From: a virus
IMG/VR virus record: IMGVR_UViG_3300042305_001483
Reading direction: 5' to 3' (one strand)
DNA: 64,000 nucleotides
Shown here: positions 1 to 8,338 of the stretch, in pieces
Layout of the letters: every line of letters begins with the position of its first letter
Position numbering within the stretch: position 1 is the stretch's first letter
Notes under the pieces: model-generated
What the model was told of the DNA's origin: nothing
The model's database searches: none
What the model saw: the letters and a program-made list of their open reading frames with translations, nothing else
Position numbers and translations under genes: made by a program

Positions 1-48
1 AATGGCCGTGTCAATGAAGACATTGTTATCCTTAAGGTTTTCAAATAG
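1..48 (+). CDS. C-terminal end of a gene entering from the left (…NGRVNEDIVILKVFK*)
   Basis: Open frame 1 ending at TAG 46-48; partial. Confidence 0.55.
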   Translation, partial: NGRVNEDIVILKVFK

Positions 49-70
49 CCACTAAGGTATAAAATGAAAC

Positions 71-304
71 TTGTGCAATTTAACAAAACTCCCTGATCAA
101 ATCATGAATAAATCTACAGAAAAAGTACTTCCTGCACCCGAAGCATTGATGCAATTAGACCATCCTATGGCTAGTAAGTTTGCTAAATTTTGGACGACTT
201 ATCAGTTTGATCCCACAGGAGCAAAGTCCTGGATAGAGGCTAATCCTAAAGAAGCACAAGAACTTAGGGCTTTTGTACAGAAATTTGGGTCACAGTTTAT
301 CTAA
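71..304 (+). CDS. hypothetical protein (start uncertain, possibly ATG 104)
   Basis: ORF in the co-oriented gene run. Confidence 0.55.
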   Translation: MCNLTKLPDQIMNKSTEKVLPAPEALMQLDHPMASKFAKFWTTYQFDPTGAKSWIEANPKEAQELRAFVQKFGSQFI

Positions 305-309
305 CATTT

Positions 310-507
310 ATGAATACTAGTTATCAACCCACCCGAAGCCAACAATTAATGCTGGCATCTGCTGTAGCAGAAAAGTATGGCAAGCGTTCTCCCTACGAAC
401 GTATCATTGTACACTATGTACTTAAAGATACACACTTGGTTTTGCACCTTCAAATTGAAAGACAGTGTCCAGAGCATGGGGTGTTTTTTGAACGTGTATA
501 TCTATAA
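310..507 (+). CDS. hypothetical protein
   Basis: ORF tightly packed with neighbours. Confidence 0.6.
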   Translation: MNTSYQPTRSQQLMLASAVAEKYGKRSPYERIIVHYVLKDTHLVLHLQIERQCPEHGVFFERVYL

Positions 508-518
508 TCGGAGTTAAA

Positions 519-815
519 ATGAACCGAGAGGATGAAAAACTTAAAAATTCCAAACGCAGGCATCGTGATGAAGTTGCTGTAAAACGCCAGGCTAAAATTG
601 CCAAAGAACATGGTGCACCAGTTAAGGACCCACATAAACTGCATAAAAAACATGCTATGGATTGTGGTAACCCGGGTTGTTTCTTGTGTGGAAACCCTCG
701 AAAGATTCATAAGGATAAACTTACTCAGCAAGAAAAACGTCTTTTTCAAGACATCGATGCACCCAATGACAGACACAGTAATGGAGTAAAAAATGACCAA
801 GAAGATTTACTATGA
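519..815 (+). CDS. basic hypothetical protein with CGNPGCFLCGNPR Cys cluster
   Basis: GGAG SD upstream; Cys motif. Confidence 0.75.
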   Translation: MNREDEKLKNSKRRHRDEVAVKRQAKIAKEHGAPVKDPHKLHKKHAMDCGNPGCFLCGNPRKIHKDKLTQQEKRLFQDIDAPNDRHSNGVKNDQEDLL

Positions 816-1251
816 AAAAAAGGGACGAAGGTATGTACCCGTAGCCGAGTATGACAGCGACTATTTAGATAGTTTTCCCAAGGGAAATCATCTTGTTATG
901 TGCTACCCCGGAGGATCTAGCCGAGTATTCAATATCAATCCAGACTATGCTAGTCTTATTGCTGCTAGTCGGGTAGCACATGATGCTATGTGCAGATCTA
1001 TTGTCAAAGCCAGTGAAATGAAACCTAAGAAAACGCCCCTTACCCTCGAACAAAGGCAGGCATGGGATAATCTAAAAAAAGCATTTGGTGATGAAATGTA
1101 TTCTCTAAAAATTGACAGTGCCTATGACGTTGCTCAAGCAGGCATAAAGGCTTTACAAGAGGAAGCAAAGATGCTACAATCTAATGAAGCCGTTAAAAAG
1201 GCTATGGATCATCTCAATCTCATTGTCGAACTTACAAAGGAACAAAAATGA
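793..1251 (+). CDS. hypothetical phage protein
   Basis: GGAG SD; overlaps neighbours. Confidence 0.8.
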   Translation: MTKKIYYEKKGRRYVPVAEYDSDYLDSFPKGNHLVMCYPGGSSRVFNINPDYASLIAASRVAHDAMCRSIVKASEMKPKKTPLTLEQRQAWDNLKKAFGDEMYSLKIDSAYDVAQAGIKALQEEAKMLQSNEAVKKAMDHLNLIVELTKEQK

Positions 1252-1823
1252 TTAATCTTAAACAGTGGATGGAAGTTGTTGATTACCGTATTACCGAAGG
1301 TGATCAATATTACAGTGAAGTATTTGGCAACGACGCCAGATGCTATTGCCTCAGTGCATGGAATGGTGACCACGACGGTTATACTTTCAATATTATATTT
1401 GACACTGATACTCAAGTGGTCTATATGGTAGAGGCATGCGATTACAAACATAATCGGGCATATCGTCGAATCAATCCAAATTTTGTTGATGCATACAATA
1501 AAAATGCCAATGAAATGGATCATGTTGCCTGGGACGATGTAAAGTACATTGATCTTGATGTCGATGATGATTGGATGGACAAGGCGCTTGCTATCAAATC
1601 AGGTGAAGACTATGATACTCGCGTTAGTATTCCTTTAGATTTTACAGATGAAGAACTACTGAAGTACATGAAAATGGCTCATGAAAAAGATATGACCTTT
1701 AATAAGTTTGTTGAAGAAGCACTTAAGGCTGCAATTGACCACTATGAAAAGGATCCAGAAGGAGCCTTGGCTCGTGCCAAGGAATGGAAAGAATCTCAAT
1801 TGATCAAATCGGAAGATTGCTGA
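1248..1823 (+). CDS. hypothetical phage protein
   Basis: ATGA overlap with upstream gene; AAGGA SD. Confidence 0.8.
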   Translation: MINLKQWMEVVDYRITEGDQYYSEVFGNDARCYCLSAWNGDHDGYTFNIIFDTDTQVVYMVEACDYKHNRAYRRINPNFVDAYNKNANEMDHVAWDDVKYIDLDVDDDWMDKALAIKSGEDYDTRVSIPLDFTDEELLKYMKMAHEKDMTFNKFVEEALKAAIDHYEKDPEGALARAKEWKESQLIKSEDC

Positions 1824-1824
1824 A

Positions 1825-2079
1825 ATGACTTTACCCGACGAAAGATATCGTGCTGTAATGTGGGCTAAAAGGTTTTTAGAGAGTGTTGCTTACAAACCAT
1901 CAGTCTACCCTCGTGTACCAAAATATTTACGAAGAGAAGCAAATAGTATCCTTCGTCATTTTCCCAGTGAGTGGGACTTACAACAAGCAGCCGAAAAGGC
2001 ACCATCTGTGTTTCAAGAAAAAATGGAACCGTTGTATCGAATGGTCAAACAACACGAACAGGATAAACAAGATGTATAA
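1825..2079 (+). CDS. BPSL0761-like small protein
   Basis: MTLPDERYRA…LRHFP motif. Confidence 0.6.
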   Translation: MTLPDERYRAVMWAKRFLESVAYKPSVYPRVPKYLRREANSILRHFPSEWDLQQAAEKAPSVFQEKMEPLYRMVKQHEQDKQDV

Positions 2080-2503
2080 CGAAAATGAATATGATATCTT
2101 CGAAAAAAAGATGATGGAGACCTATCCTAAAATGTTTGCAAATCCCTACGGTGGGATTGCAATTGGTTCAGGCTGGTGGCCAATTATCGAAACTCTGTGC
2201 CGACATATTCAACATCACATTGATTGGAAACAACAACAAAAGGAAAAGTACGGCCGTGGTGAAGGTTGTGAACAAGTCGTAGTTGCTCAAATTAAAGAAA
2301 AATTTGGTGGACTGAGATTTTATTACGACGGCGGGGACGATGTAATTGGCGGTATGGTCCGTATGGCAGAGGCTTGGGCAGGTAATTCCTGCGAAGAATG
2401 TGGTAAGCCCGGAAAGAGCCGTGAAGGGGGTTGGATACGAACTCTCTGTGACGAGCACGAAGCCGAATATCAGGCAAGAAAAACTCAAAATGAAATTAAG
2501 TGA
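2072..2503 (+). CDS. conserved phage protein (QIKEKFGGLRFY, C-terminal CxxC…C)
   Basis: Start re-called to ATG 2072; recognisable phage motif. Confidence 0.75.
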   Translation: MYNENEYDIFEKKMMETYPKMFANPYGGIAIGSGWWPIIETLCRHIQHHIDWKQQQKEKYGRGEGCEQVVVAQIKEKFGGLRFYYDGGDDVIGGMVRMAEAWAGNSCEECGKPGKSREGGWIRTLCDEHEAEYQARKTQNEIK

Positions 2504-2816
2504 ACTTAAACGACTAGTTGAACGCTACGATCTTAATCCATACCACGAAGATGCAGAAGTAGTGATCCAAATTAAACTGCCATACTCTACCGTTGGTGGT
2601 ACGCCATTCGTCAAAGTAAAAACCGTTTATCCTGGATTTGACTGGGATCAGGGCAAGTTCTTCATTATTCCAGAAGAAGATGTTACGCCCAGTGATCGTG
2701 ACTTCGCCAAGCAGATGAAAGAGATGCAAGATCGTGCTGGTTGGGCAGACTATGAGAACCGCAACCTCAAGGCTGAGATCAAGCAATTGAAGAAGAAGTT
2801 GAAGACAGAAGAATGA
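2490..2816 (+). CDS. hypothetical protein with coiled-coil C-terminus
   Basis: Start re-called to ATG 2490. Confidence 0.7.
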   Translation: MKLSELKRLVERYDLNPYHEDAEVVIQIKLPYSTVGGTPFVKVKTVYPGFDWDQGKFFIIPEEDVTPSDRDFAKQMKEMQDRAGWADYENRNLKAEIKQLKKKLKTEE

Positions 2817-3007
2817 ACGAACAAATTAAGAAACTGTTGGATAAAGGATATTCACATTGCGCAATCGCTATGTACTGTGGAGGTCCAGTTGGAACAGCAG
2901 AGTACTATAAAGTGCTAAATGAGTTAGATCCACATCGTCCTATAGGTTGCCCACATTGTGGAGAACCTTGTTTCGGTACTGGTGATTGTAATTGTCGGGA
3001 TTCATAA
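2813..3007 (+). CDS. small Cys-rich hypothetical protein (MNEQIK…)
   Basis: ATGA overlap. Confidence 0.65.
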   Translation: MNEQIKKLLDKGYSHCAIAMYCGGPVGTAEYYKVLNELDPHRPIGCPHCGEPCFGTGDCNCRDS

Positions 3008-3008
3008 A

Positions 3009-3314
3009 ATGAATGAACGTCTCAAGGAACTATACGAACAAGCACATATGATCAGGGAATACTCAGCAGATGATCCTATGCGTGGCGGGAATCCTTCGAC
3101 GGTGTACTGGGATGGTGAACGCAGCGCCAAGAAGTTTGCTGAGTTGATTGTGCGGGAATGTGTTGATAGCATGGAAAAATGTTTTGCTGGCGGCATAGGG
3201 ACCGATAATAACAAAGACGTATGGGGACCTTCGGCAAGCACATTCAAGGCGTGGAACGGCGCAATTAAGTTTAGTCGTGACAAGATTAAAGAACATTTCG
3301 GAGTTAAAGAATGA
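3009..3314 (+). CDS. MNERI-family small phage protein
   Basis: MNERLKEL…KFAELIVREC…IKEHFGVKE. Confidence 0.75.
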   Translation: MNERLKELYEQAHMIREYSADDPMRGGNPSTVYWDGERSAKKFAELIVRECVDSMEKCFAGGIGTDNNKDVWGPSASTFKAWNGAIKFSRDKIKEHFGVKE

Positions 3315-3520
3315 AACCAAAGTCAGCCAACGGTGTAAATGGTGTTTTGATAAGAACACTTAACGGATATATGTTCCGTGTCTACGATGACGAACATAAT
3401 TTTGTAGATTATGATTTACAACATAGTGACCTATCTGTTACAATAACTGATGAAGATGCGTATTTCCATCTCAACTCAGTATTGGATCACGCTCCTGCAA
3501 CATTAGGACACGAAGAATGA
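3311..3520 (+). CDS. hypothetical protein
   Basis: ATGA overlap. Confidence 0.7.
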   Translation: MKPKSANGVNGVLIRTLNGYMFRVYDDEHNFVDYDLQHSDLSVTITDEDAYFHLNSVLDHAPATLGHEE

Positions 3521-3735
3521 ACGAACGAATTAACGGACTTTGGTGGAAGGCTCGGATAGGCTATAACAATCAAAACTGTGATCCAGAAGTGTTAGAAAAG
3601 TTCGCCGAGTTGATTGTAGAGGAATGTAGGACGGTTGTAACTGAGGTGTATCGTAATACTCCTTTAGAACTATGTGGTCCTTTGCTCACAGCCGATGAAA
3701 AGATTGCAGAACATTTTTACAGAGTTAAAGAATGA
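3517..3735 (+). CDS. MNERI-family small phage protein
   Basis: MNERI…KFAELIVEEC…IAEHFYRVKE. Confidence 0.75.
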   Translation: MNERINGLWWKARIGYNNQNCDPEVLEKFAELIVEECRTVVTEVYRNTPLELCGPLLTADEKIAEHFYRVKE

Positions 3736-3914
3736 TTTTGTATTTTATTTTATTTCTTATCTTATGGACAGTTGTTAGTGTTTGGTGGTTCTTCTATAAT
3801 CTACCAAACAAAAACAAACCTGGTCGTTGGTATCAGTGGATATTTGTGCCGCCTTGTCTGGCAATCGCATTTATAGTTGGAAAGGTCATAAAGTTCAGGA
3901 GTAAATTAAAATGA
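3732..3914 (+). CDS. small membrane protein (2 TM)
   Basis: Two hydrophobic segments; ATGA overlap. Confidence 0.7.
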   Translation: MILYFILFLILWTVVSVWWFFYNLPNKNKPGRWYQWIFVPPCLAIAFIVGKVIKFRSKLK

Positions 3915-4156
3915 ACGAACGAATTAAAGAACTCGCCATCAGTGCCGGTATGACAAAGATGAACCAGCGCAGTGATGGGTTGTATGTTGTAGGCGAAGAG
4001 GTCTTTGATACATTTGCTAAAATGCTTATTGAAAAATGTGTAGGTGCGTGTTCCTTGAACGCAGTAGGTATGGTAGGAACTCATGCTAGCGCATATAATA
4101 GCGCAATCGGTGCTTGTGTTAAAAATATTAAACAAACATTTGAGATCGAACCATGA
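3911..4156 (+). CDS. MNERI-family small phage protein
   Basis: MNERIKELA…FAKMLIEKC…IKQTFEIE. Confidence 0.75.
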   Translation: MNERIKELAISAGMTKMNQRSDGLYVVGEEVFDTFAKMLIEKCVGACSLNAVGMVGTHASAYNSAIGACVKNIKQTFEIEP

Positions 4157-4392
4157 ACAAGCATTTACGTAGACTAGAAGATCAATGTTGGGAAGAGCGA
4201 ATTGTTGATGGTGAACCAATTTGGTATTTTGATACTGAACGATATGCTAAACTAATACTACTTGAAGTTACAGATATTCTTTCCACCTATCGTCTAAAGG
4301 TTGATTTTATTGATGGATTCGAATATAATTGTGTTCACTCTATTCAAGCGATAGAAAAACATTTCGGAGTAAAAAATGAAGATCGGACTTAG
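4153..4392 (+). CDS. MNERI-family-like small protein
   Basis: …YAKLILLEV…IEKHFGVK. Confidence 0.7.
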   Translation: MNKHLRRLEDQCWEERIVDGEPIWYFDTERYAKLILLEVTDILSTYRLKVDFIDGFEYNCVHSIQAIEKHFGVKNEDRT

Positions 4393-4795
4393 TTTTAGCA
4401 GATGTATTAAAGATATCTTCCTAGGAGAAGTAGACTATGAAGATGTGCTAATAATTATTGCCAGAACTCGATTTAACCCTAACGACGACCAAGAATGGGA
4501 AGGTATCTGGTCGGGATATCATCACGGCGGAATGTGGAGTCATCCAGAATGGAATGAGATCCCAGATGACAAAGAAGGGGAACTAAGGGCACTGGCCTGT
4601 ATGTTATACAACGACGGCAAACTTCATCAGCCTAGATATTTTGGTGCCGGAGTGCCTCGTAGGCCGGAAATTTGGTTGGAAACGGTGTTACCTAGCCGTG
4701 AACTAGAAAAGAATCCTGCTGCTAAAAAAGCATGGGATCACTTTCAAGTTGTAGCAGGGCTGACCAAAGTTGATCTTAATAAGGATTACGGATGA
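4376..4795 (+). CDS. hypothetical phage protein
   Basis: GGAG SD; ORF. Confidence 0.8.
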   Translation: MKIGLSFSRCIKDIFLGEVDYEDVLIIIARTRFNPNDDQEWEGIWSGYHHGGMWSHPEWNEIPDDKEGELRALACMLYNDGKLHQPRYFGAGVPRRPEIWLETVLPSRELEKNPAAKKAWDHFQVVAGLTKVDLNKDYG

Positions 4796-5055
4796 AAAAC
4801 TTTTTTGGTTTTATTCGTTGGCAATGGCGAAAGTGGGAAACATGGCAAAAGATGTTTATTTTTTCTATGTTTTTTGTTGTTTTAAGCACTCAATTTGAAG
4901 GTATTATGCGGACACTTCTATCAGCAATACCACTGCTGGTAGTATTTTCTTATGCATTAAAATGGTTTGTTTGGGAACAGACTAAAGAAAATTATCAAAA
5001 GTATAAAAAAGAAAAACAGAGCCTGCTCGAAACAATTAAAACATCTGATCAATAA
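4792..5055 (+). CDS. small membrane protein
   Basis: Two hydrophobic segments. Confidence 0.75.
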   Translation: MKNFFGFIRWQWRKWETWQKMFIFSMFFVVLSTQFEGIMRTLLSAIPLLVVFSYALKWFVWEQTKENYQKYKKEKQSLLETIKTSDQ

Positions 5056-5402
5056 TGACAAAAAACGCATTTATTTTCAGTTGGGACTGTAATGGCATCG
5101 AGTCTATTATTCCCATTTCTAAATACGAACACTGGGATAAAGAAAATCTAATCAGATTACTTAAAGAACAATCCAGAACAAGAAATCCTTTAGATTCAAT
5201 TGTTCATAATTTAATTCTTCGTGCAAGAGTTAACACACAGCGGCGTTATGAGATTTATGCTATTGATTGCGATCCTAGCCTCGACGAAGAATTTTGGCGT
5301 CGGCAGTGGGAAGAACACCCGCAGTTTACCGCAGATCTTATTCGAGAAAAAGGACATAAAATTTACAGCGATAGGCAAACTACGCAATCAGTTATAACTT
5401 AA
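5055..5402 (+). CDS. hypothetical phage protein
   Basis: TAATG overlap. Confidence 0.75.
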   Translation: MTKNAFIFSWDCNGIESIIPISKYEHWDKENLIRLLKEQSRTRNPLDSIVHNLILRARVNTQRRYEIYAIDCDPSLDEEFWRRQWEEHPQFTADLIREKGHKIYSDRQTTQSVIT

Positions 5403-5411
5403 AGGAAATAT

Positions 5412-5996
5412 ATGTTAGTACCAATGGTAATTGAAAAAACAGGACAAGGTGAAAGAGCATTTGATATCTACAGTAGATTACTCAATGAAAGAATCGTTTT
5501 CCTAAATGGTCCAGTAGACGATGTCAGTGCAAATCTTGTAGTAGCACAGATATTGCACTTAGAAAGCCAGGACAGCGAAAAGGATATTAATTTTTATATT
5601 AACAGTCCAGGTGGAGTAATCACAGCAGGAATGGCCATTTACGACGTAATGCAATTTGTTAAACCCGATGTTTCTACTTATGTTATGGGGCAGGCTTGTA
5701 GCATGGGAAGTTTTTTAGCGCAGGCAGGCACTCCGGGAAAAAGATATATGTTGCCTAATTCCAGACATATGATTCATCAACCCAGCGGAGGTGCAAGAGG
5801 CATGGCGTCGGACATTGAAATTAGTTACAAAGAAATCATGTTTTGGAAAACTAGATTAACTATGCTGTATGTAAAGCATAATTCTGCTGGAAAAACTTAT
5901 AATGATTTTGAAAGAGATATGGACCGAGATACCTTTATGAGCGCAGAAGAATCGTTAAAGTATGGCTTGTGTGATCATATAGTTCAACATAGATAA
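5412..5996 (+). CDS. clpP: ATP-dependent Clp protease proteolytic subunit
   Basis: DIYSRLL.ERI, YINSPGG, GQACSMG (catalytic Ser), MIHQPSGG (His), MDRDTFM (Asp). Confidence 0.97.
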   Translation: MLVPMVIEKTGQGERAFDIYSRLLNERIVFLNGPVDDVSANLVVAQILHLESQDSEKDINFYINSPGGVITAGMAIYDVMQFVKPDVSTYVMGQACSMGSFLAQAGTPGKRYMLPNSRHMIHQPSGGARGMASDIEISYKEIMFWKTRLTMLYVKHNSAGKTYNDFERDMDRDTFMSAEESLKYGLCDHIVQHR

Positions 5997-6020
5997 TTAA
6001 CTTCTATGTTATTTTTAAAG

Positions 6021-6057
6021 GTTCTTTGAGTAAATATCTTACTCAAGGAACTTTTTT
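6021..6057 (+). terminator. hairpin plus U-tract (likely clpP terminator) containing a TAAATA late promoter and the downstream SD
   Basis: gttctttgagtaa (6021-33) / ttactcaaggaac (6039-51), then T6; TAAATA at 6031-36. Confidence 0.7.
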
Positions 6058-6369
6058 ATGGCAAACAAATTACAACAATATAGAAGCAAAATTAAAAAAA
6101 TTAATGAAAATCAAATTTTATGGCTCAGACTTAGTGGGTTCGTAGTTATTTCTATTTTCATAGTTCTATTAGGATGGAATTTTTTAACAGATAACACTTT
6201 TATATACATAATCATTTTTTCTGGTTTAATTTTATCATGTTTCTGGTGGTATTTAACTATTAAATTAATAAAAGATTTATTAAACCACAGGAACACCGAA
6301 GTAGAAATTTTGAATGAAATAATTCAAGAACTTAAAGTTATCAAAGAAGATGTTAAAAAAATATCCTAA
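6058..6369 (+). CDS. 2-TM membrane protein
   Basis: Two hydrophobic helices. Confidence 0.75.
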   Translation: MANKLQQYRSKIKKINENQILWLRLSGFVVISIFIVLLGWNFLTDNTFIYIIIFSGLILSCFWWYLTIKLIKDLLNHRNTEVEILNEIIQELKVIKEDVKKIS

Positions 6370-6373
6370 CCTA

Positions 6374-6402
6374 TTGACAAGTTAAATAATAACTTATAAC
6401 AT
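6374..6402 (+). promoter_or_regulatory. sigma70-type promoter for queD
   Basis: TTGACA-17-TAACAT. Confidence 0.7.
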
Positions 6403-6409
6403 AATACAT

Positions 6410-6452
6410 AGAGGACTTGACGCTCGACCCTCTTTAAATATTCCGCCCGTCA
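6410..6452 (+). ncRNA. candidate preQ1-I-like riboswitch aptamer (H-type pseudoknot) in queD leader
   Basis: P1 AGAGG/CCTCT, P2 TGACG/CGTCA, AC immediately 5' of the P1 3' strand, TTAAATA after P1; upstream of a preQ0-pathway gene. Confidence 0.55.
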
Positions 6453-6486
6453 TCAAACTTGCTACCTAACATAAAGGAGACTAGAG

Positions 6487-6996
6487 ATGGCAAATCAACC
6501 TATTACCTATAAATGGACCAGCACTAAAGAATACCACGATTCTTTTCCCTGTGCATACAGACAATGGCGAGCCGATAGTCATTGTAATCTAATTCACGGC
6601 TACAGTTTTAGCATGAAGTTCTACTTTGGAACTAATGACCTCGATGTTCGAAACTGGGCTGCGGACTATGGCGGTCTTAAAGAACTCAAAAAAGTTTTAG
6701 AAGATCAATTCGATCACACGTTACTAGTTGCTCAAGACGATCCCCAACTTGAAACATTCAAACTACTCCAAGAAAAGAAAATGGCTAAACTTACTATCCT
6801 TCCAAGATTAGGTTGTGAAGGTCTAGCAGATATGTTATACAAGTATGTTAATGGAGTATATATTCCTCAACTATGGGGAGATGGGGAATCAAAACGTCTA
6901 TGGTGTTATAGAGTCGAAGTTCGTGAAACACAAAGCAACATGGCTTTTAGAGAAGGCCATCGTGAATGGAACGAAGATTTATTTGAAGAATTTTAA
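6487..6996 (+). CDS. queD: 6-carboxy-5,6,7,8-tetrahydropterin synthase (QueD/PTPS family)
   Basis: HC.LIHGYS, FDHT, CE.LA, VRET motifs; AAGGAG SD. Confidence 0.9.
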   Translation: MANQPITYKWTSTKEYHDSFPCAYRQWRADSHCNLIHGYSFSMKFYFGTNDLDVRNWAADYGGLKELKKVLEDQFDHTLLVAQDDPQLETFKLLQEKKMAKLTILPRLGCEGLADMLYKYVNGVYIPQLWGDGESKRLWCYRVEVRETQSNMAFREGHREWNEDLFEEF

Positions 6997-6998
6997 AA

Positions 6999-7682
6999 AT
7001 GCTGTCAACTCAAATTATCATGGTCGGTACAACTAGTATACCGGCATTGGATAATTCAATAATTGATCAATTATTAGATTGGCACGATTCTAAAAAAACA
7101 ATTTTAGAAAATCCAGGGAGTATTGGTTTGAATACTCCCTGGGTGCATACAAAAATAAGAGATTCCGATCCGATGGAAAAATCAATACAAATAAAAAATT
7201 CAATCAGCGGATCTCCTTGGAATTTAGATTTTGTAGAAAATTTTCCAACTTTAGTAGAAAGTTTTAATCAATTACCACTAAATTTCATTAACAAAATTCT
7301 TATATTAGAAACTGTAAAAGAATGTGTTCCTCATATAGATGGAAGTAGTAGGACTTACTTAGATAAAAGTATCGAACCTTGTAATTATAGAATGCTTTTG
7401 AGAAAACCTAAAAACAGTAAGGGTTTTTATGTTCAACCATTATTAAAAGAAAATTTTGGAATTAGTGCAAGAAAAGAAATTGATACACCTTATTCTAAAA
7501 ATTATTACTCTCCAGAAATAGGAAAATGGTGGGTACTGAACAATTGGTGTTGCCAGCATGGCAGCGATTGGTTACCGGAAGATAATAAAGCGTTAATATC
7601 AGTGATAGGTACTCCATCTAATGAACACAAACAAATATTAAATTCATTATCAAACACAATTAAACACCCCGATTATACCTAA
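6999..7682 (+). CDS. hypothetical protein, possibly 2OG-Fe(II) oxygenase-like
   Basis: PHID…QHG, HxD…H spacing. Confidence 0.45.
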   Translation: MLSTQIIMVGTTSIPALDNSIIDQLLDWHDSKKTILENPGSIGLNTPWVHTKIRDSDPMEKSIQIKNSISGSPWNLDFVENFPTLVESFNQLPLNFINKILILETVKECVPHIDGSSRTYLDKSIEPCNYRMLLRKPKNSKGFYVQPLLKENFGISARKEIDTPYSKNYYSPEIGKWWVLNNWCCQHGSDWLPEDNKALISVIGTPSNEHKQILNSLSNTIKHPDYT

Positions 7683-7693
7683 AAGGATTAAAA

Positions 7694-7825
7694 ATGAACA
7701 TGATGGACAAAGATTGGCTAGAAAGAATAATCATTGCATATAAAGCATATCCATATCCCAATAAAGATATCGAAAGTTTTATTAACTGGCTTTACAAACA
7801 ATATGGAATTGTACAACCAAAATAA
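7694..7825 (+). CDS. 43-aa hypothetical protein (not in ORF track)
   Basis: AAGGA SD; MNMMDKDWLERIIIAYKAYPYP…. Confidence 0.65.
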   Translation: MNMMDKDWLERIIIAYKAYPYPNKDIESFINWLYKQYGIVQPK

Positions 7826-7841
7826 CCGATAAGATAAGTTA

Positions 7842-7870
7842 TTGACTATTTTCAAAAGTTGTTATAAAAT
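7842..7870 (+). promoter_or_regulatory. sigma70-type promoter
   Basis: TTGACT-17-TAAAAT. Confidence 0.65.
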
Positions 7871-7908
7871 ATAACTGTAGACATTATTGCTTAATAGGTG
7901 CAAAAATT

Positions 7909-8166
7909 ATGCTAGATCTTTCACAGCATTCGATTGACCCAACAACTATCAAGATTCACGTTCCCGAACGTATGTTCACTTTTGAAAAAAAAGAAATTGA
8001 ACAATCAAGTATAACCTTTCATACTCAACATAGTGAAATGTTAAAAATTACACCCGATGGGTTTTATGTTAGAGGAATTAAGGTGCCTGCGGATGATCAA
8101 GAAGCAGAATCGGTATACCGAGCATTTAAAGAATTTTTAATTTGGTCTGCACTTACAAGGAACTAA
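7909..8166 (+). CDS. hypothetical protein
   Basis: ORF with AGGT SD. Confidence 0.7.
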   Translation: MLDLSQHSIDPTTIKIHVPERMFTFEKKEIEQSSITFHTQHSEMLKITPDGFYVRGIKVPADDQEAESVYRAFKEFLIWSALTRN

Positions 8167-8167
8167 A

Positions 8168-8338
8168 ATGGAAAATCGTAGTTGGACCCTTACTGTAGAA
8201 GAAGATCCTAAAACTGGAGAATTAATTCTTCCTCTTCCCGCAGAATTACTTGCTATGCAAGGATGGTTCGAGGGCGACACCCTCGAATGGGAAGATAATA
8301 AAGACGGAAGTTGGACTCTTAAGAAAGTCGAAAAATGA
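8168..8338 (+). CDS. AbrB/MazE-like small DNA-binding protein (56 aa, not in ORF track)
   Basis: GELILPLPAELL…GW.EGDTLEW pattern; AAGGA SD; ATGA overlap with uvsE. Confidence 0.7.
   Translation: MENRSWTLTVEEDPKTGELILPLPAELLAMQGWFEGDTLEWEDNKDGSWTLKKVEK

Noticed and set aside
1883-2489. Long upstream starts given for ORFs 1883 and 2346 (likewise 2958, 38479, 45730, 46784, 60358)
   Set aside because: They overlap upstream genes extensively; downstream ATGs with SDs or stop-start coupling fit better.
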